38,393 bases of DNA, taken from positions 1 through 38,393 of the forward strand of contig JAADVB010000185.1 of NCBI GenBank assembly GCA_023334545.1. Direction: 5' to 3'. The position numbers and the translations under genes were made by a program. Of this stretch, positions 1 to 12,099 are shown one piece after another. How positions within the stretch are numbered: position 1 is the stretch's first letter; each line of letters starts with the position of its first letter. The notes beneath the pieces are model-generated. The model was not told the origin of the DNA and did no database searches. It saw only the letters and a program-made list of their open reading frames with translations. Source of the stretch: Salisapilia sapeloensis CBS 127946. Lineage: Eukaryota; Protista; Oomycota.

Positions 1-354
1 AGACCAAGGCAAGGTTACCAAGGCTTCAGCAGCGAGGTAGATGGTACCTTCGGCGTTCAGGTACGCTTGAATGAATGGGTAGATGGTAGCGGGGAGCACA
101 CCGTAAATGAGGCCGACGGCAGCGTACTGAATGGGAATGCCGATAAACTCTCGGCTAAAGAGCTCAGGGTTTCCACCAGGACGAAGAGCACCATCTTCTT
201 GGATAACGGTCGGGATGACAGCATCACGCTCGGGTGTCTTGATAGTTTCGTACGCACTAGCGAGGTCTTGCTCTTTGGAGACAGCGCTGGCGTTGGAGAG
301 GCGGGCAGCTAGTTCGGCCTTGCCCGCAGTGAAGTGGGCGTCTATTCCAGACAT
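1..354 (-). CDS. BT1 / folate-biopterin transporter family (MFS), 5' part only, runs off the window start
   Basis: Not in the ORF track; my own translation from ATG at 354 gives 118 open codons, MSGIDAHFTAGKAELAARLS...EDGALRPGGNPELFSREFIGIPIQYAAVGLIYGVLPATIYPFIQAYLNAEGTIYLAAEALVTLPWS, closely matching the N-terminus of 1930..3663. Confidence 0.9.
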   Translation of the reverse strand, partial: MSGIDAHFTAGKAELAARLSNASAVSKEQDLASAYETIKTPERDAVIPTVIQEDGALRPGGNPELFSREFIGIPIQYAAVGLIYGVLPATIYPFIQAYLNAEGTIYLAAEALVTLPWS

Positions 355-394
355 TGCTTTTAAGGCGGAAGGATGCTGTTGGGCAGTCGACGTC

Positions 395-410
395 AAATTC
401 GGGAATGAGC
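395..410 (-). promoter_or_regulatory. Oomycete INR+FPR core promoter element
   Basis: Minus strand GCTCATTCCCGAATTT, one mismatch to the oomycete consensus GCTCATTYYNCAWTTT, about 40 nt upstream of the ATG at 354. Confidence 0.75.
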
Positions 411-1929
411 TTGGAAGTGTTGTCGATCCGAAAGCAAAGCAAAGGAGCTGCAGTTAGCTACTGTTCAAACAGCAGGTGGTCGCTGAGGCGGAGTTGGAAG
501 CGGCAATGAGAACCCTGAATGGCGTCTGATTCTTGTCGTGACCGATCATTGTGTGAAAGAAGCGGCGGTGTGCTTCGAATTGCTGAGTTGGGCTGACCGC
601 TAGGACACAAACTGGCCTACATTTTCTTCTGGTCGGGAAGATCGTTACAGCTCATTTCAACGGTATGGAAAGTAGATCAAGACAGCTTCTAATAGGTTTT
701 GGTCGTTTAAGAGATAAATAATAGGCTCTTCCAAGACTAGTTTTAGTAGTCGCTTGCTCAGAGGATGTATCTACGACGTGCCCCTTCTCACTGCCGACTT
801 TTCGTCGACAGCACATCTTCGTGGCTGTGCTCAGCGTCGATTTGTCGAATATGCATGGGTTCGGTTTAATATTCATGAGAGAATAGTTTCTATGATAAAG
901 TTAAAGAAAGAGTGTATAAAACGACATGCGTCTGCGCAAGCGTACCATGAGCTTCTTCACGTCTACTACTTTTCGAATACGTATGGTGATAAGTACTTAG
1001 TACTACGAGCATTTCGTCTGCCATTGCCAGCACCGCGAGAACTAGCAAAGTGTATCGAAGGAACACAATAGAGCATAGGAAGCTACAAACAGCAGCTATA
1101 AACTTGATTGAAACCTGTTATCTGCTCGACATGTCATGTAGCTGCGGAAAAGATCTGTATACGAAACGTCTCGATAGAGATCACGGCGTTTCGTGATCGC
1201 CTGATTTCGTGAGCCTCGAGTTGATACCACTGTTCCCACACAATCGTATGAACATGAGTCGGGGCACTTATACCTTACGGCGATAAATGCAAACAAGTGC
1301 ATGTTAGAATCGCTTGCTAAAGCCAGGCGGACTGACATTGTACAGATCCCGTATGGAAATTTAGTACCAACGCATGCACATTCTCGTGGCGACGATAAGA
1401 TACCTATTTTCCGACTGACGAAACTATATCGATACCTAGACGACGAAGCTACGCTGGAAGCATCCCCTCACGTCTACAATTGTTAGTGTCGACGTTACCA
1501 CACACGAATAATGCAAGTTACCCTGGAGTCTTTGACGATAAATTAGTGATTGATACATATACTTTTACCTAAAGCCATGCATTCATTGATAGTGGGTGCC
1601 CGCCACAGGCGCTAAGGCAACAAGTACTCACATACGCACGTATGTATGAAAAGAAGAGATCGAGATTCAATGAAAACTTGGCATTCTCTTCGACAGCGTC
1701 GTGCGCTAGAGAATTACAATTTAATATGGAAAATATTGGAGAGGAATGTACATACAAAACGATTTATTTCGTCATGCCAATTCTACGCATTAAAGTTTTA
1801 CGCACACACAGAGCCCAAGCCGTTGTGAAGGATCCACGCTTAAACAGACATTCGAAGCAAAGTGCTCGCATCCGGCCATTTTCACGCTGGCAATAGAGGC
1901 TAAGCATGGGCACTTCCGTCTACCCGAAC

Positions 1930-3663
1930 TTAGCATCCGGTGCCGCCAGCGATGGCAAGGCAGCCCGTCTCCGGGAAGATACCCATCAGGTTGGTCATAA
2001 TAGACCAGATGAGTGCGAAGGCCATGTAGAAGAGAGTAATGCCGCCAATGAGGGCACTGTCGTTCTGCTTGCGCTTAAGTTCCTGCGTCTCAGCCTTCTG
2101 GCGAGGCAAGAAGACCAAGAAGCACCAGGATACGACCTGCATGCCGTACATGAGCATCACCTGGCGCGTAATGTTGAGGCGTGTCTCGTGCGAGTCGCCC
2201 TGGACATCCTCGTTCGATGCGTTCCAAGAGGCATTGATGTTACGAGAGATGGTCATCGCGAACGGCTGCGCGAGGTTGTACACGGTCGTGATCATACCGT
2301 ACAGCATACCTTCGTTACCATCTTCGACCAGCTCGACAGTCACATAAGTACCGATGATGAACTGAACACCGTACGGGACCTGGATGGCGATTGGCGGCCC
2401 AAGCCAGAACCACTGGCTGCGGAACACATCCCAGACTGTGATCATGGTAATCGTACAATCGATAACCATGACGATAATACCTGTGATCACCGTCATCGTT
2501 CGCCAGTTCCACTGTAGACCCCAGCGACTAGTGACCATGATACCAGCCATAAAGGTACCCTGTCCGAGCACTTGGGCGATGGTTCTATTGATCGGTGTCA
2601 CACCAGCCATGTACGATTCCACAGGAGTTGATGCCGTGAACTGGAACGTGTTGAAGAAGGACGAGAAGAAGTTGTAGAAGACAATCTGGTAGATTGCACG
2701 AGTCTTGAGCAAGCGCCAGAAGTCCTTGATGTATCCCTTGAAGTTGATCCGCTCACGCTTCTCTTCTTTAATAAAGAACCAGGTGCACGGAATCGCAGGG
2801 GCAAGGCAGCAAGCAAGAACGAGCATGAGCTGCGGGAATGTCAGAGATGCGTCGAAGTCACCACCGTAATCCTCACCGTTGAAAGCAAAGCCAGTCAGCA
2901 AGATACCCACGATCTGAAGCGCCGTACGAACCGTGTAAATGGCGGATTGGACCTTGCCACGGGATTCCAACGGTTCACGCTGAGCTAGCTCGGACATGCA
3001 CGAATCGGCAGCAACATCGGCCATCAAGTAGCCGACAGCAGCAAGCATCATGAGGACGATGTACTTGCCACCACTGGTAGCAGCGCCTTTGTTCAGGCGT
3101 GTTTCAATTCCGGGATGGTCACCGTAATTTTCTGGTCTGATATCACGGTCCGAAGGCTCGAGGTAGTACGGCTTCTCGACTGGAGTCGCAGCCATGATAA
3201 TAAGCATGATCAGACAAACCGTCCAACCGATGATCATGTACGGGCGGCGACGGTAACCTTTGATCGGGACACAGTCGGACAGCATACCGTAGAAGACCTT
3301 GAAAGACCAAGGCATGGTCACGAGTGCTTCAGCAGCAACGTAGACCGTACCTTCGGAGTTCAAGTAGTTCTGGATGAACGGATAGAGAGTAGCGGGAAGC
3401 ACACCATAGATGAGACCGACGGCGGCATACTGGATGGGAACACCGATGTATTCCTTGCTGAAGATTTCAGGGTTTCCACCGGGACGGAGCGCACCATCAG
3501 CTTGGATTTCGTGACGGACAACGGCATCACGTTCAGGGGTTCTAGCTTCTTCGTAGCCGGCAGCAACATCCTTTTGCCTTGATACATCGCTAGCGTGCGA
3601 GAGGCGGGTGGCAATTTCGGCCTTATCGGCACTGCCCAAGCCGTCGAATGTTGTTCCTGCCAT
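1930..3663 (-). CDS. BT1 / folate-biopterin transporter family MFS permease, 577 aa
   Basis: Intronless ORF with many hydrophobic helices and family motifs PWSFKVFYG.LSD..PI.GYRRRPYMIIGW, DVAAD and QREP.E.RG..QS.IY. Confidence 0.88.
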   Translation of the reverse strand: MAGTTFDGLGSADKAEIATRLSHASDVSRQKDVAAGYEEARTPERDAVVRHEIQADGALRPGGNPEIFSKEYIGVPIQYAAVGLIYGVLPATLYPFIQNYLNSEGTVYVAAEALVTMPWSFKVFYGMLSDCVPIKGYRRRPYMIIGWTVCLIMLIIMAATPVEKPYYLEPSDRDIRPENYGDHPGIETRLNKGAATSGGKYIVLMMLAAVGYLMADVAADSCMSELAQREPLESRGKVQSAIYTVRTALQIVGILLTGFAFNGEDYGGDFDASLTFPQLMLVLACCLAPAIPCTWFFIKEEKRERINFKGYIKDFWRLLKTRAIYQIVFYNFFSSFFNTFQFTASTPVESYMAGVTPINRTIAQVLGQGTFMAGIMVTSRWGLQWNWRTMTVITGIIVMVIDCTITMITVWDVFRSQWFWLGPPIAIQVPYGVQFIIGTYVTVELVEDGNEGMLYGMITTVYNLAQPFAMTISRNINASWNASNEDVQGDSHETRLNITRQVMLMYGMQVVSWCFLVFLPRQKAETQELKRKQNDSALIGGITLFYMAFALIWSIMTNLMGIFPETGCLAIAGGTGC

Positions 3664-3699
3664 CGCTGTATTCCAAAGTTGGCTTGCGCAGTCGAAGGC

Positions 3700-3715
3700 G
3701 AATTTGAGAATGAAA
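3700..3715 (-). promoter_or_regulatory. INR(+FPR-like) core promoter element
   Basis: Minus strand TTTCATTCTCAAATTC (INR TCATTCT plus AAATT), 37 nt upstream of the ATG at 3663; same position as in the paralog. Confidence 0.55.
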
Positions 3716-5129
3716 CAAACCGGATGAAGGCTTCTTGAAATACCTCGTCCTGATTCTGGCTGACGCGTACGAAACAGTCGGGTTGAAGCCGTATCGTCTT
3801 CACGCGTATCGATTCTTTAAAAGTACAGACAAATGAGTGCAAACTTCGATGTATATAACTTTGGCAACTCGTATCCTTAGATCTAGGTTTCCATATCGTC
3901 TACATAGCACAATCTTTCGTCTTTAATCTCCACACCATAAGCTCCAAACAAGATTAAAGGAATTAAAAGCCGTAATGGTCTTGGAGGTATCCACGACGAT
4001 GATAAGAGAGGGTAGAAACGAAGAGGTCTACAGTCGGCTGTAGAACATGCGACGACATGGATGCGTGACGTCTGATTCAGGATTCTTTTTTGTATACCTC
4101 TTAAACTCGTATACTTTCACCGCGCATCAGGAGAGGCGTACGCATGCAACGGTAGCTAGGATAAAAAGGAGGATGCTTAAGTGTAGGCTCACTTTCAAGC
4201 AAGGAGCCCTGTGTTGGAGATGAATGGCAGTGATCATGATCGAGTCCCACTTTAGCAAGTTGGCACCCAGCTGACATGGTCTCTTGGGTGTGAAACGAGC
4301 ACATCTGAATAACTAACATAGAGGACACGAATGAGTGATCCTCTCCAATATGTGTACACTCGGAGGTCCCACGGTTTATTTTGCATCTGGCGTCTAGGAT
4401 CGTTTCTGATTTTGGACCAGCGGCACCATCAATATCGAGAAAGAGGAGGGTATTTGCGGGAACCTAGGTTAATGACTATTGAAAGAGAGAGTGAATGCCA
4501 ATGAGAAACTTTGATACAGAGAGAGTGAACGGTAAAAATGCTGGTAACAAAGTATCGCTAAATGTGATTGTATCAGCATTGTCGGTAAGATGGGGCTGAC
4601 TGGAGTGGGATCAGACACAGCCCACATGCACTTGCAGATCGGCCGATGGGACGATGTAGACGGAGTCGAACAAGGACGGGGCGATCTGTTTCTGGCTTCG
4701 TTTGGTAAACGCTGCAGTTGCTTGGTCAGGTACAAACGATTTGCATCACGTCGCGTGATATGCCTCCTCTCCCACTCTCTCACGTAGACGAATGAGAAGA
4801 GAGTTCACATCAGCGAATGCACAAAGTGCCAAGCTGAACTGGTTCAAATCGCTTACGAAAGATACCTTCAGCGGCACTGTATCTCAAAGTCGTTCGGTAT
4901 TGGTTTCCCGCCAACCTCCATTCTCTGACCGTGCGCCGGTTCAAGATCAAAGAAATACTTCAACATCACGTGGTACACGTAATCGTACCATGCTCGTACC
5001 GCTTGTCTATGCACTTGACAAAAGTATGGTATATACTTTAACCAAGTGAAGTAGCTGTTGCCACGTTTTACAACTGTCGGGAGAGCACACGTCGCCCACG
5101 GTCGTGTTGGTGTCTAGTAGCTGTAAGAA

Positions 5130-8100
5130 ATGGAGGCTGTGGCACAATCTGCTCTTCGTAAACTGCGCAAGCAGACCTCGAGAAGCCACCGGGAAGTGCG
5201 AGAGTCGATCGATGGTGCCCTCGCGTCTCTATCGGCATCGGAAAAGGAGGAAAATGTAGCTGAAAAGATGACTGAGCCTCCCTTTGAGCCATTCCTTCTC
5301 GCGTGCCTCACACGACACGCAAAAGTCACCGCCGCATCGCTCGATGGAATCGAGCGCTTCCTGTCCTTTGGCTACCTTCGTGGAACCAGCACCGTGTCGC
5401 CGGATTTCCGTCAGAAGCTCAAGCAAAAGCTCGGGAACGTATCTTCGAGAGCTGAAGCGAGTAACTTGGTGGACAGTTTACTAGAAGGTAGTCTCGTGGA
5501 CTGTATCGTTGCTGTCGTGAGTTCTTGTGACGACCATCCGGATGAAACGGTGCAAGTACAGACTGTTCGTGTCTTGCTCACGGCCGTCACATCTTCCTCT
5601 TGTGAAGTCCATGGCCAAGCTCTCTTACGAGCCGTACGCGCGTGTTTCCACCTGCATCTTGTGAGTAAGAGTGTAACTGCTGCACGAGCATCGTTGCTTC
5701 AGATGCTCAGCGTCGTCTTCTCCCGGATGGAGTCGTTTGATGAAAAGGTACGCGTGGAAACAGCATCAACGCTAGAAGAGTATAACAGTCAAAGATCGAA
5801 CGGTACGAATGGAAAGCAGTTGTCGTGGTACCCCCAAATCGTCCAGAGTTTACAGATCCAATTGGAAAAGAAGGAAAAGGTACGTGACGTGGAGAATGAG
5901 ACTCGCTCTCGTAGTAGCTCCTTCACGTCGGTACTGCATAAAGACGCTTATCTCGTCTTTCGCTCTTTGTGTCGCATCTCATTAAGATCCGTCGCAGAGG
6001 ATACAGCCACCAGCACCGCGACGTCTATTCCGGAAGACCCGTTCGCGTTCCAGAGCAAACTTCTGTCGCTAGAACTCGTGCGGCACATCATCGACCAAGC
6101 CGGTCCATCCTTTGCCAGTAGCGGTCGTCTTTTAAAAGTCGTCCAGCAGTCCTTGTGCCAGTCGTTACTTCAGAACTGTACGAGCAATTATCCAGAAGTC
6201 GTCGAGCTCTCTCTCCAGGTGTTCCTCAGTTTGATGAAAAAACTGAAAAGAGAGCTCAAGAGAGAGTTGGAAGTCTTTATCAATGCCATCTTCCTCCGTC
6301 TCCTCCAGTCTGCCCATGCGTCTCGAACGCACAAGGCGCTCGTGTTAGAAGCTTTGCGGTCGATATGTGACGACCCAGTCGTCTTGTCTGAGATCTTTCT
6401 GAATTACGACTGCGATTGGCACACCAACGACTTGTTTCGACAGATCGTCGACGCCTTGGCACGTGTCGCGAAAGAACCGACGGACGGGAACCTTGCTAGT
6501 CGAGCTCTCGAGTGTCTTGCTGCAGCCGTCGCGTCGTTAAAGAAAGCAGCGAACTTTGTAGATGTGGAGCAGGAGGAAGAAGAGGAGGAAGACAGCGAGG
6601 CGGAGGAAGTGCTTCCGTCTCCACCGGTGCATGGCGAGACCATGTCGGCCGTCGAAGCGTTCGATAAGAAGCAGCGGAGGCAGGAAGAGCTGCTGACTGG
6701 AATTCTCAAGTTCAACGTGAAACCGAGCGCCGGCATCACGTACTTGCAACAGAGAGGGTATCTAGGTAAAGGCACCCCGAAGGACGTAGCACGGTTTCTA
6801 CTTCAGTACGCCCACCGCCTCGACAAGACGATGGTCGGAGACTATCTTGGGAGAGAAGCCCAGTATCAAGACGGCTTTTGCGTCCAAGTGCTGCACGAGT
6901 ACGTCGATTTGTTTGACTTCCACAATATGGAGATTGACGATGCGATGCGTGTCTTTCTCGCTGGCTTCCGTCTCCCGGGCGAGTCTCAGAAGATTGATCG
7001 TATGATGGAAAAGTTTGCACAGAGGTATCAGCGTCAATGTCCGAGTGATAACTTCCCGACGGCCGACACGGCGTTCATTCTATCGTTCAGTATCATCTTG
7101 CTCCAAACAGATTTACATAACCCGAGCATTGCTGAAGAGAAGAAGATGGATAAGAATGGCTTTGTGCGTAATAATCGAGGTATTAAGGACGGAGAAGACT
7201 TGCCGGAAGAGTTTTTGCACGGCATCTTTGACCGCGTGAAGGAGACGCCGTACTCCTTGCAAGAAGATGACGAGATGCGAACTCAGAGCAACAAGAGTAG
7301 AGGCGCAGGGCTGTTTGCCAGTCAAGCTGCTGCCGACCGGATGCGACGAGATGCGTTTCTGAGGGAACGTGAGAGCATGGTGCGACTTAGTGAAGCCTTG
7401 TTCAAGCAAAAGAGCAGCAGCCAAATGGTTGGGAAGGACGACTCGGACTTTCGACAGGCGCCACGAGCAGAAAAGACCTACGTGCGTCCTATGTTCCAGA
7501 CACTGTGGGCGCCGTTGCTCGCGGCATGCAGCGTCGCCTTCGAAGAGCTCGATCAGGATGTCGCGATTCAGTTGTGTCTCGACTGTTTCCGAGGAGCAGT
7601 CCACCTCGCTTCTCGACTGCGCATGCCGAGTGAACGAGATGCGTTCGTAAGTGTCTTGGCAAAGTTCACTGGTCTTCAGCACGCTCGAACAAGAAGATTA
7701 CGGCGGAAGCATGTGGATGCGGCACGTGCGCTTATTGCTATTAGTCTCAAGGAAGGGAACTACCTTGGAGATGCTTGGAGAGACATCTTAGCATGCTTGT
7801 CGGAACTCGCGAGACTGCAGAGTCACGCCCAGTCCCTCGCACCGGAAGCTCTGGCAATGGCCAAGGAGAAGGCGCAGGGGACGCCCACCTCTAGCTGGTA
7901 CACGTCGACATCGACGAGACGGTCCACTTCGACCGTGGGTCTATCACCTGTGTCGAAGGAAGCTATGAGCTCGTCGACGTCCAACGCTTCTGACGATGGT
8001 CTCGGGACGTCCCAACTAGATGAGAACGCTGCGTTAGTCCAACAGGACTTAGATAACGCTGCGACTGACCGAGTGTTCAGCAGCTCTGTCCAGCTTCGAG

Positions 8101-10091
8101 ATGGATCGCTGCAGGACTTTGTCATCCAGCTATGCGTCGTGTCTCTTGGAGAATGCGCCTCTCTCTCGAGTGACAAGGATGTGTCTCCGTCTGCTGTCTT
8201 CTCTCTGCAGAAACTAGTCGAAGTAGCGGATATGAACATGCATGTACGCTCTCGTATCGTCTGGACGTCTACGTGGCAGACGCTGTCGAGACACTTTACT
8301 GCCATTGGATGCCACGACGTCCACTGGGTGGCGCTTTATGCCGTGGATTCGTTACGACAGCTGAGCATCAAATTCTTGGAGCGAGAGGAGCTGCACAACT
8401 TTAACTTTCAACGTCTCTTCTTAGCTCCTTTTGACACGATCATGGCGAATGCAGATAGTACAGATGTCAAGGAACTTGTCTTGAGGTGTGTGGACAACCT
8501 CGTGCGTGCGAGGCATGGACAGATACGCAGTGGATGGAAGACGCTGTGGCGAGTGCTCCGACAGGCTGCGGATGATGATTCGGATGAGCTTAAGCTGCTG
8601 TATCTCGGATTTGAAATCAGCGCCAGAGCGGTGAAAGAGCTGACGGGAGACATGCAGGACGTCTTTTCGGATGCAGTCGATACGCTCGTGGCGTTTGCAA
8701 CTGCGGGGGAAACCTCCGGTGGAAAACGACTGACACAGATGAGCTTACAAGTAGTAGATATCCTTTCCAGTGTTTGTGTTCCATACCTATCCAAAGCATA
8801 CTTCGCAACTTCCGAGTCCAGTCCGAGAGACACCAAGAGTAGGAAGCTGTCGATGATCGAAACGTCTCCGAAGCTTCCGGATCGAAGGAGTAGTACACCT
8901 ACCTTTACCACGAAAGAGCAGCTTTTCACCGACTGTGCGCTCCACACTGGACTCTGGTGGCCTATCTTCAGTGGACTGGCAACACTCGCGGCGTCCCAAC
9001 GCGTGACGGTACGTGCATCCGCCACTTCTGCTCTCTTTACGGCACTGGAGCATCACGGACATGTCTTGGCGCCAAGTCTATGGCGACTGGTGTTCCACGG
9101 CGTGCTCCTACCTTTGCTAGATGAACTGAGGCACGTGGAGGATCGAGCGAATGCTGCCACCACATGTGTAAGTGGCATTTACCATCTCTATGGCATCTAC
9201 TACGAACGTGTCGGACTCGTTCCGGACGTCCTCTTTGTCCTTCGACGTTGCCTGAGCGACGCAAGTCTTGCGTCGAGTGCTGCCAACGCGTTGGAAGGAA
9301 CACTCAAGGAGTATGGTCACAAGCTCAGCGAGAATGCGTGGGGACTCGTCGCAGATGAACTACGAGCTGTGCTAGCCTACCTCCTTCCGTCCAAGACGTG
9401 CCAAGTGGTGGCCATGTACCCGTCTGTGGTAGAGTGCTTGGGCATGCTTCTCGCACAAGATGGAAAGGCACGTAGAGATCAATCGATGCTGCATGTAGTT
9501 TTAGCGTTGCAAGATGTGGTCGGTACTGTCCTCGTGAGGAGGGCGAGAGGGCAGGTGAAGCTCAGTACAGGGCATGCTGCGTCATTACTACAGGCTTTGC
9601 AACAGAGCTGCGATGGCACGTTGGAGCAAGAGATGAATGGAAAGAAAAACTACTGCCAAGTGCTCTTCCAACCTCTGGTGCGTACTTGTGGAGAAGAAGG
9701 AGAGTCGGAGATGGCGAGAGAAGAGGTGAAAAGCGTCGCGTGGAAGTGTCTGAGGGAATATGTCGCATGGACCAAAGGCGATCCTTTATCTGTGGAGGAC
9801 GGCGAAGAGCTGCGTAGAGAATGGCCGAAAGATGCAGCTACTAGAGCAGAAGCATATGAAGGTCTGGTGGTGGGTATTCTACAGCAGGTGGCCAAGTTAC
9901 CGTCGGAAGAGGTACGTTGATCTACTGCTTGCAGAAAAGGAAAGAAGCTGATAATGATGTAGATGAAAGCGCATTGGGGATGGGTGTACCCATTGCTGAC
10001 AGCGATGATTGCATTGCCGAGCACCGAAGTGCGACTGGCGTTGACGGCTGTGTTACGAGGGAGTATCGCGACACTACTGCCGTTTGACTAG
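5130..10091 (+). CDS. SEC7: Large ARF guanine-nucleotide exchange factor, BIG/Sec7 subfamily; join(5130..9911,9963..10091), 1636 aa
   Basis: DCB-like N-terminus, HUS box (FLNYDCD), Sec7 catalytic motif FRLPGESQKIDRMMEKF (BIG-type QKIDR rather than GBF1-type), HDS-like regions (MF...WAP.LAA, DSLRQLS.KFLE..EL.NF.FQ..FL.PF, IRSGWK). The spliced final exon restores a BIG-like C-terminus, WVYPLLTAMIALPSTEVRLAL. Confidence 0.93.
9912..9962 (+). other. Predicted 51-nt phase-0 spliceosomal intron
   Basis: Donor GAG|GTACGT, branch-like GCTGAT at 9947-9952, acceptor GTAG|ATG; it removes the TGA at 9918-9920 and joins in frame to a 42-codon exon. Confidence 0.8.
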
Positions 10092-12099
10092 TGTACTCGC
10101 CAAAGAAGGGCAAATAAACAATTGAAGTTATATGTCGTTCCATCTCTTGGGCATCTTGTTGAGGTGCTCTACATGCTATTGGAAGCATACACGGACAGAA
10201 AAGTGTATTTGATGGCCAACGACAAGTCTACATAGGAAAGTAAGTTGAAATACAGCAATTGGTTTTGAGCAAGCGAGTCCTTAGACTTAAATGCGATTTA
10301 CGCCACGTTTAACTCATTTACAATTATCGACTACGCCAGCTACATTTACGTGGACTGCCGTGCTGAGTCATAGTCCTATGGTTATTGCTGTTGCTATATG
10401 AACATATAGCTCAAGAGTGTGGCTTTCGGATGGATCTAAATGCACAAGTCGTCAGTGTGTTCGTCACTGTATGGAAACTTGAAAAGTTCAAGTCGCTCGT
10501 AGATTACCACAAGGAAAGAACTGCAATTAGATAGAAATTTGACGAACTGGTCATGCTCGGTTAATCTACCCCCAACTTATGCCAAGGTGTAAATATATAT
10601 ACCGAATACCTTAATGCACGCGTATCCATTTAAGCTCTAATAGTCAGTTGCTTTAGAATTTCCCCATTCAGGCTTGTCCGATAATGGCGAGTTATAAATG
10701 AGCTTCCAAACCTGAAGGATAACAACGCTGTTGATTCGTACTACCTACCCTTCTATCTGACATTAAACCGAAGAATATGGACGAGTTGAGAGATACCAAG
10801 TATAAAGTATTTGCATTCATAGTTGGCGGATACAGCTACGAGATAACTTCGGACTAATTTATAGAAATGGAGTGCGAGTATGTCATAGCTAGTGAGCACT
10901 GAAATTCCGCAGCAAGAAGGAAAAAGCGATGACGTGCTGAAAACTTTGTTCTGTCTTTGCTCTCGCATGCGAATGAGAGTTAGAAAGTCCCTGGATACAA
11001 TGAGATCTTTTAGAGGATGAGAATGGTTACTGAAACCTGGGGATGACCACTTTCCTGTTATCCGAAATCTCTACTCTAAAGCATCAAGTACGTCAGGCTT
11101 CATGTCGGCTCGCGTAGTAAGACCGTTACAAAGTTAGTGAGACGTAGTGGTCAGAAAGTCTGAGCGAGTTTAGCGTTTGATCGATGGAAAGATAAAGCGG
11201 CAGGGTGGCTTCATATAGATATCCACTTTGGTAGAACTATATACCTCGTGTTTTTCTTTTAAATAAGTTTACTTAAGTCGGAGGTTACAAAAAAGAAACA
11301 AGCATATAAGATACAGAAACCTCAAGAAAAGAAATATTTGACGAGTCTCCTGCGATGATATCAGTATGCAAGTCCCTGATCGTCTTCTTTTACCATTCCT
11401 GCAAATGATTTTGAAGCAACCTCGAACGTTCACTTGAGCCATGGGCCTTGTTACTTTGGCGCAGTTTCTGTCGCCACCGTGTTACTTGGCTTTTGAAGAG
11501 TTATGGACATCTATGCATAACGGCTGAGTGACGCTTCAGTAGGCTGTCTGGCCTGACGCTTAAGTATATGAAAGCTGCATTAGCAGTAGAAAGGGCGCTG
11601 CTTGGACTCGGACGCAAAAAGAAAACCCAAGTTGAATTTCATTTCACTAACTCGCTATCAGTTCTGTTGTTCGTGCGAAGAAGTAGCGAAAAAGAACCTT
11701 AGAGCAACGTCGAACTAGCTGGGATCCGACCTAGAGGTCCGTTACTTAGGATCGCCGTATCATCTACCTGACATCAACTTGTTCCTCAGAATGACTACGC
11801 TACCATAGCATTCAAAATAGCGCATATGCATTCATTGTGGTGATCTATATCGTCAGTGATATCATAATGAAGCCCGGGTATTTTACCACGCAAGTCGTAT
11901 GTAGCATGATTTGGTGTATGTTAAAATTCGATTGTATCTGCCCTTTCTTCTTCCATTGCAGGCTTGTTACCAGAAAATGTTTCTAATTACCGCACACATA
12001 AGACGCTTGTGTCTTGCGACTTTCTCTTCATTCCCACTTTTGATCCTTCCTGCGTAGGTCGTCTTTTCGATCACTACGCGCTAAAGGACGATTCTATCG

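Noticed and set aside
1906-3582. Plus-strand ORFs of 203 and 155 aa, and other overlaps
   Set aside because: Antisense shadows of the codon-biased transporter gene; no motifs.
4484-4529. Two copies of AGAGAGAGTGAA 34 bp apart
   Set aside because: Low-complexity GA-rich sequence; not significant.
6155-10024. Many minus-strand ORFs (up to 205 aa) within SEC7
   Set aside because: Antisense or alternative-frame shadows of a long conserved CDS.
10393-10410. Hairpin GCTATATG-AA-CATATAGC
   Set aside because: An 8-bp stem is expected by chance in 38 kb, and there are no TIR/TSD features.
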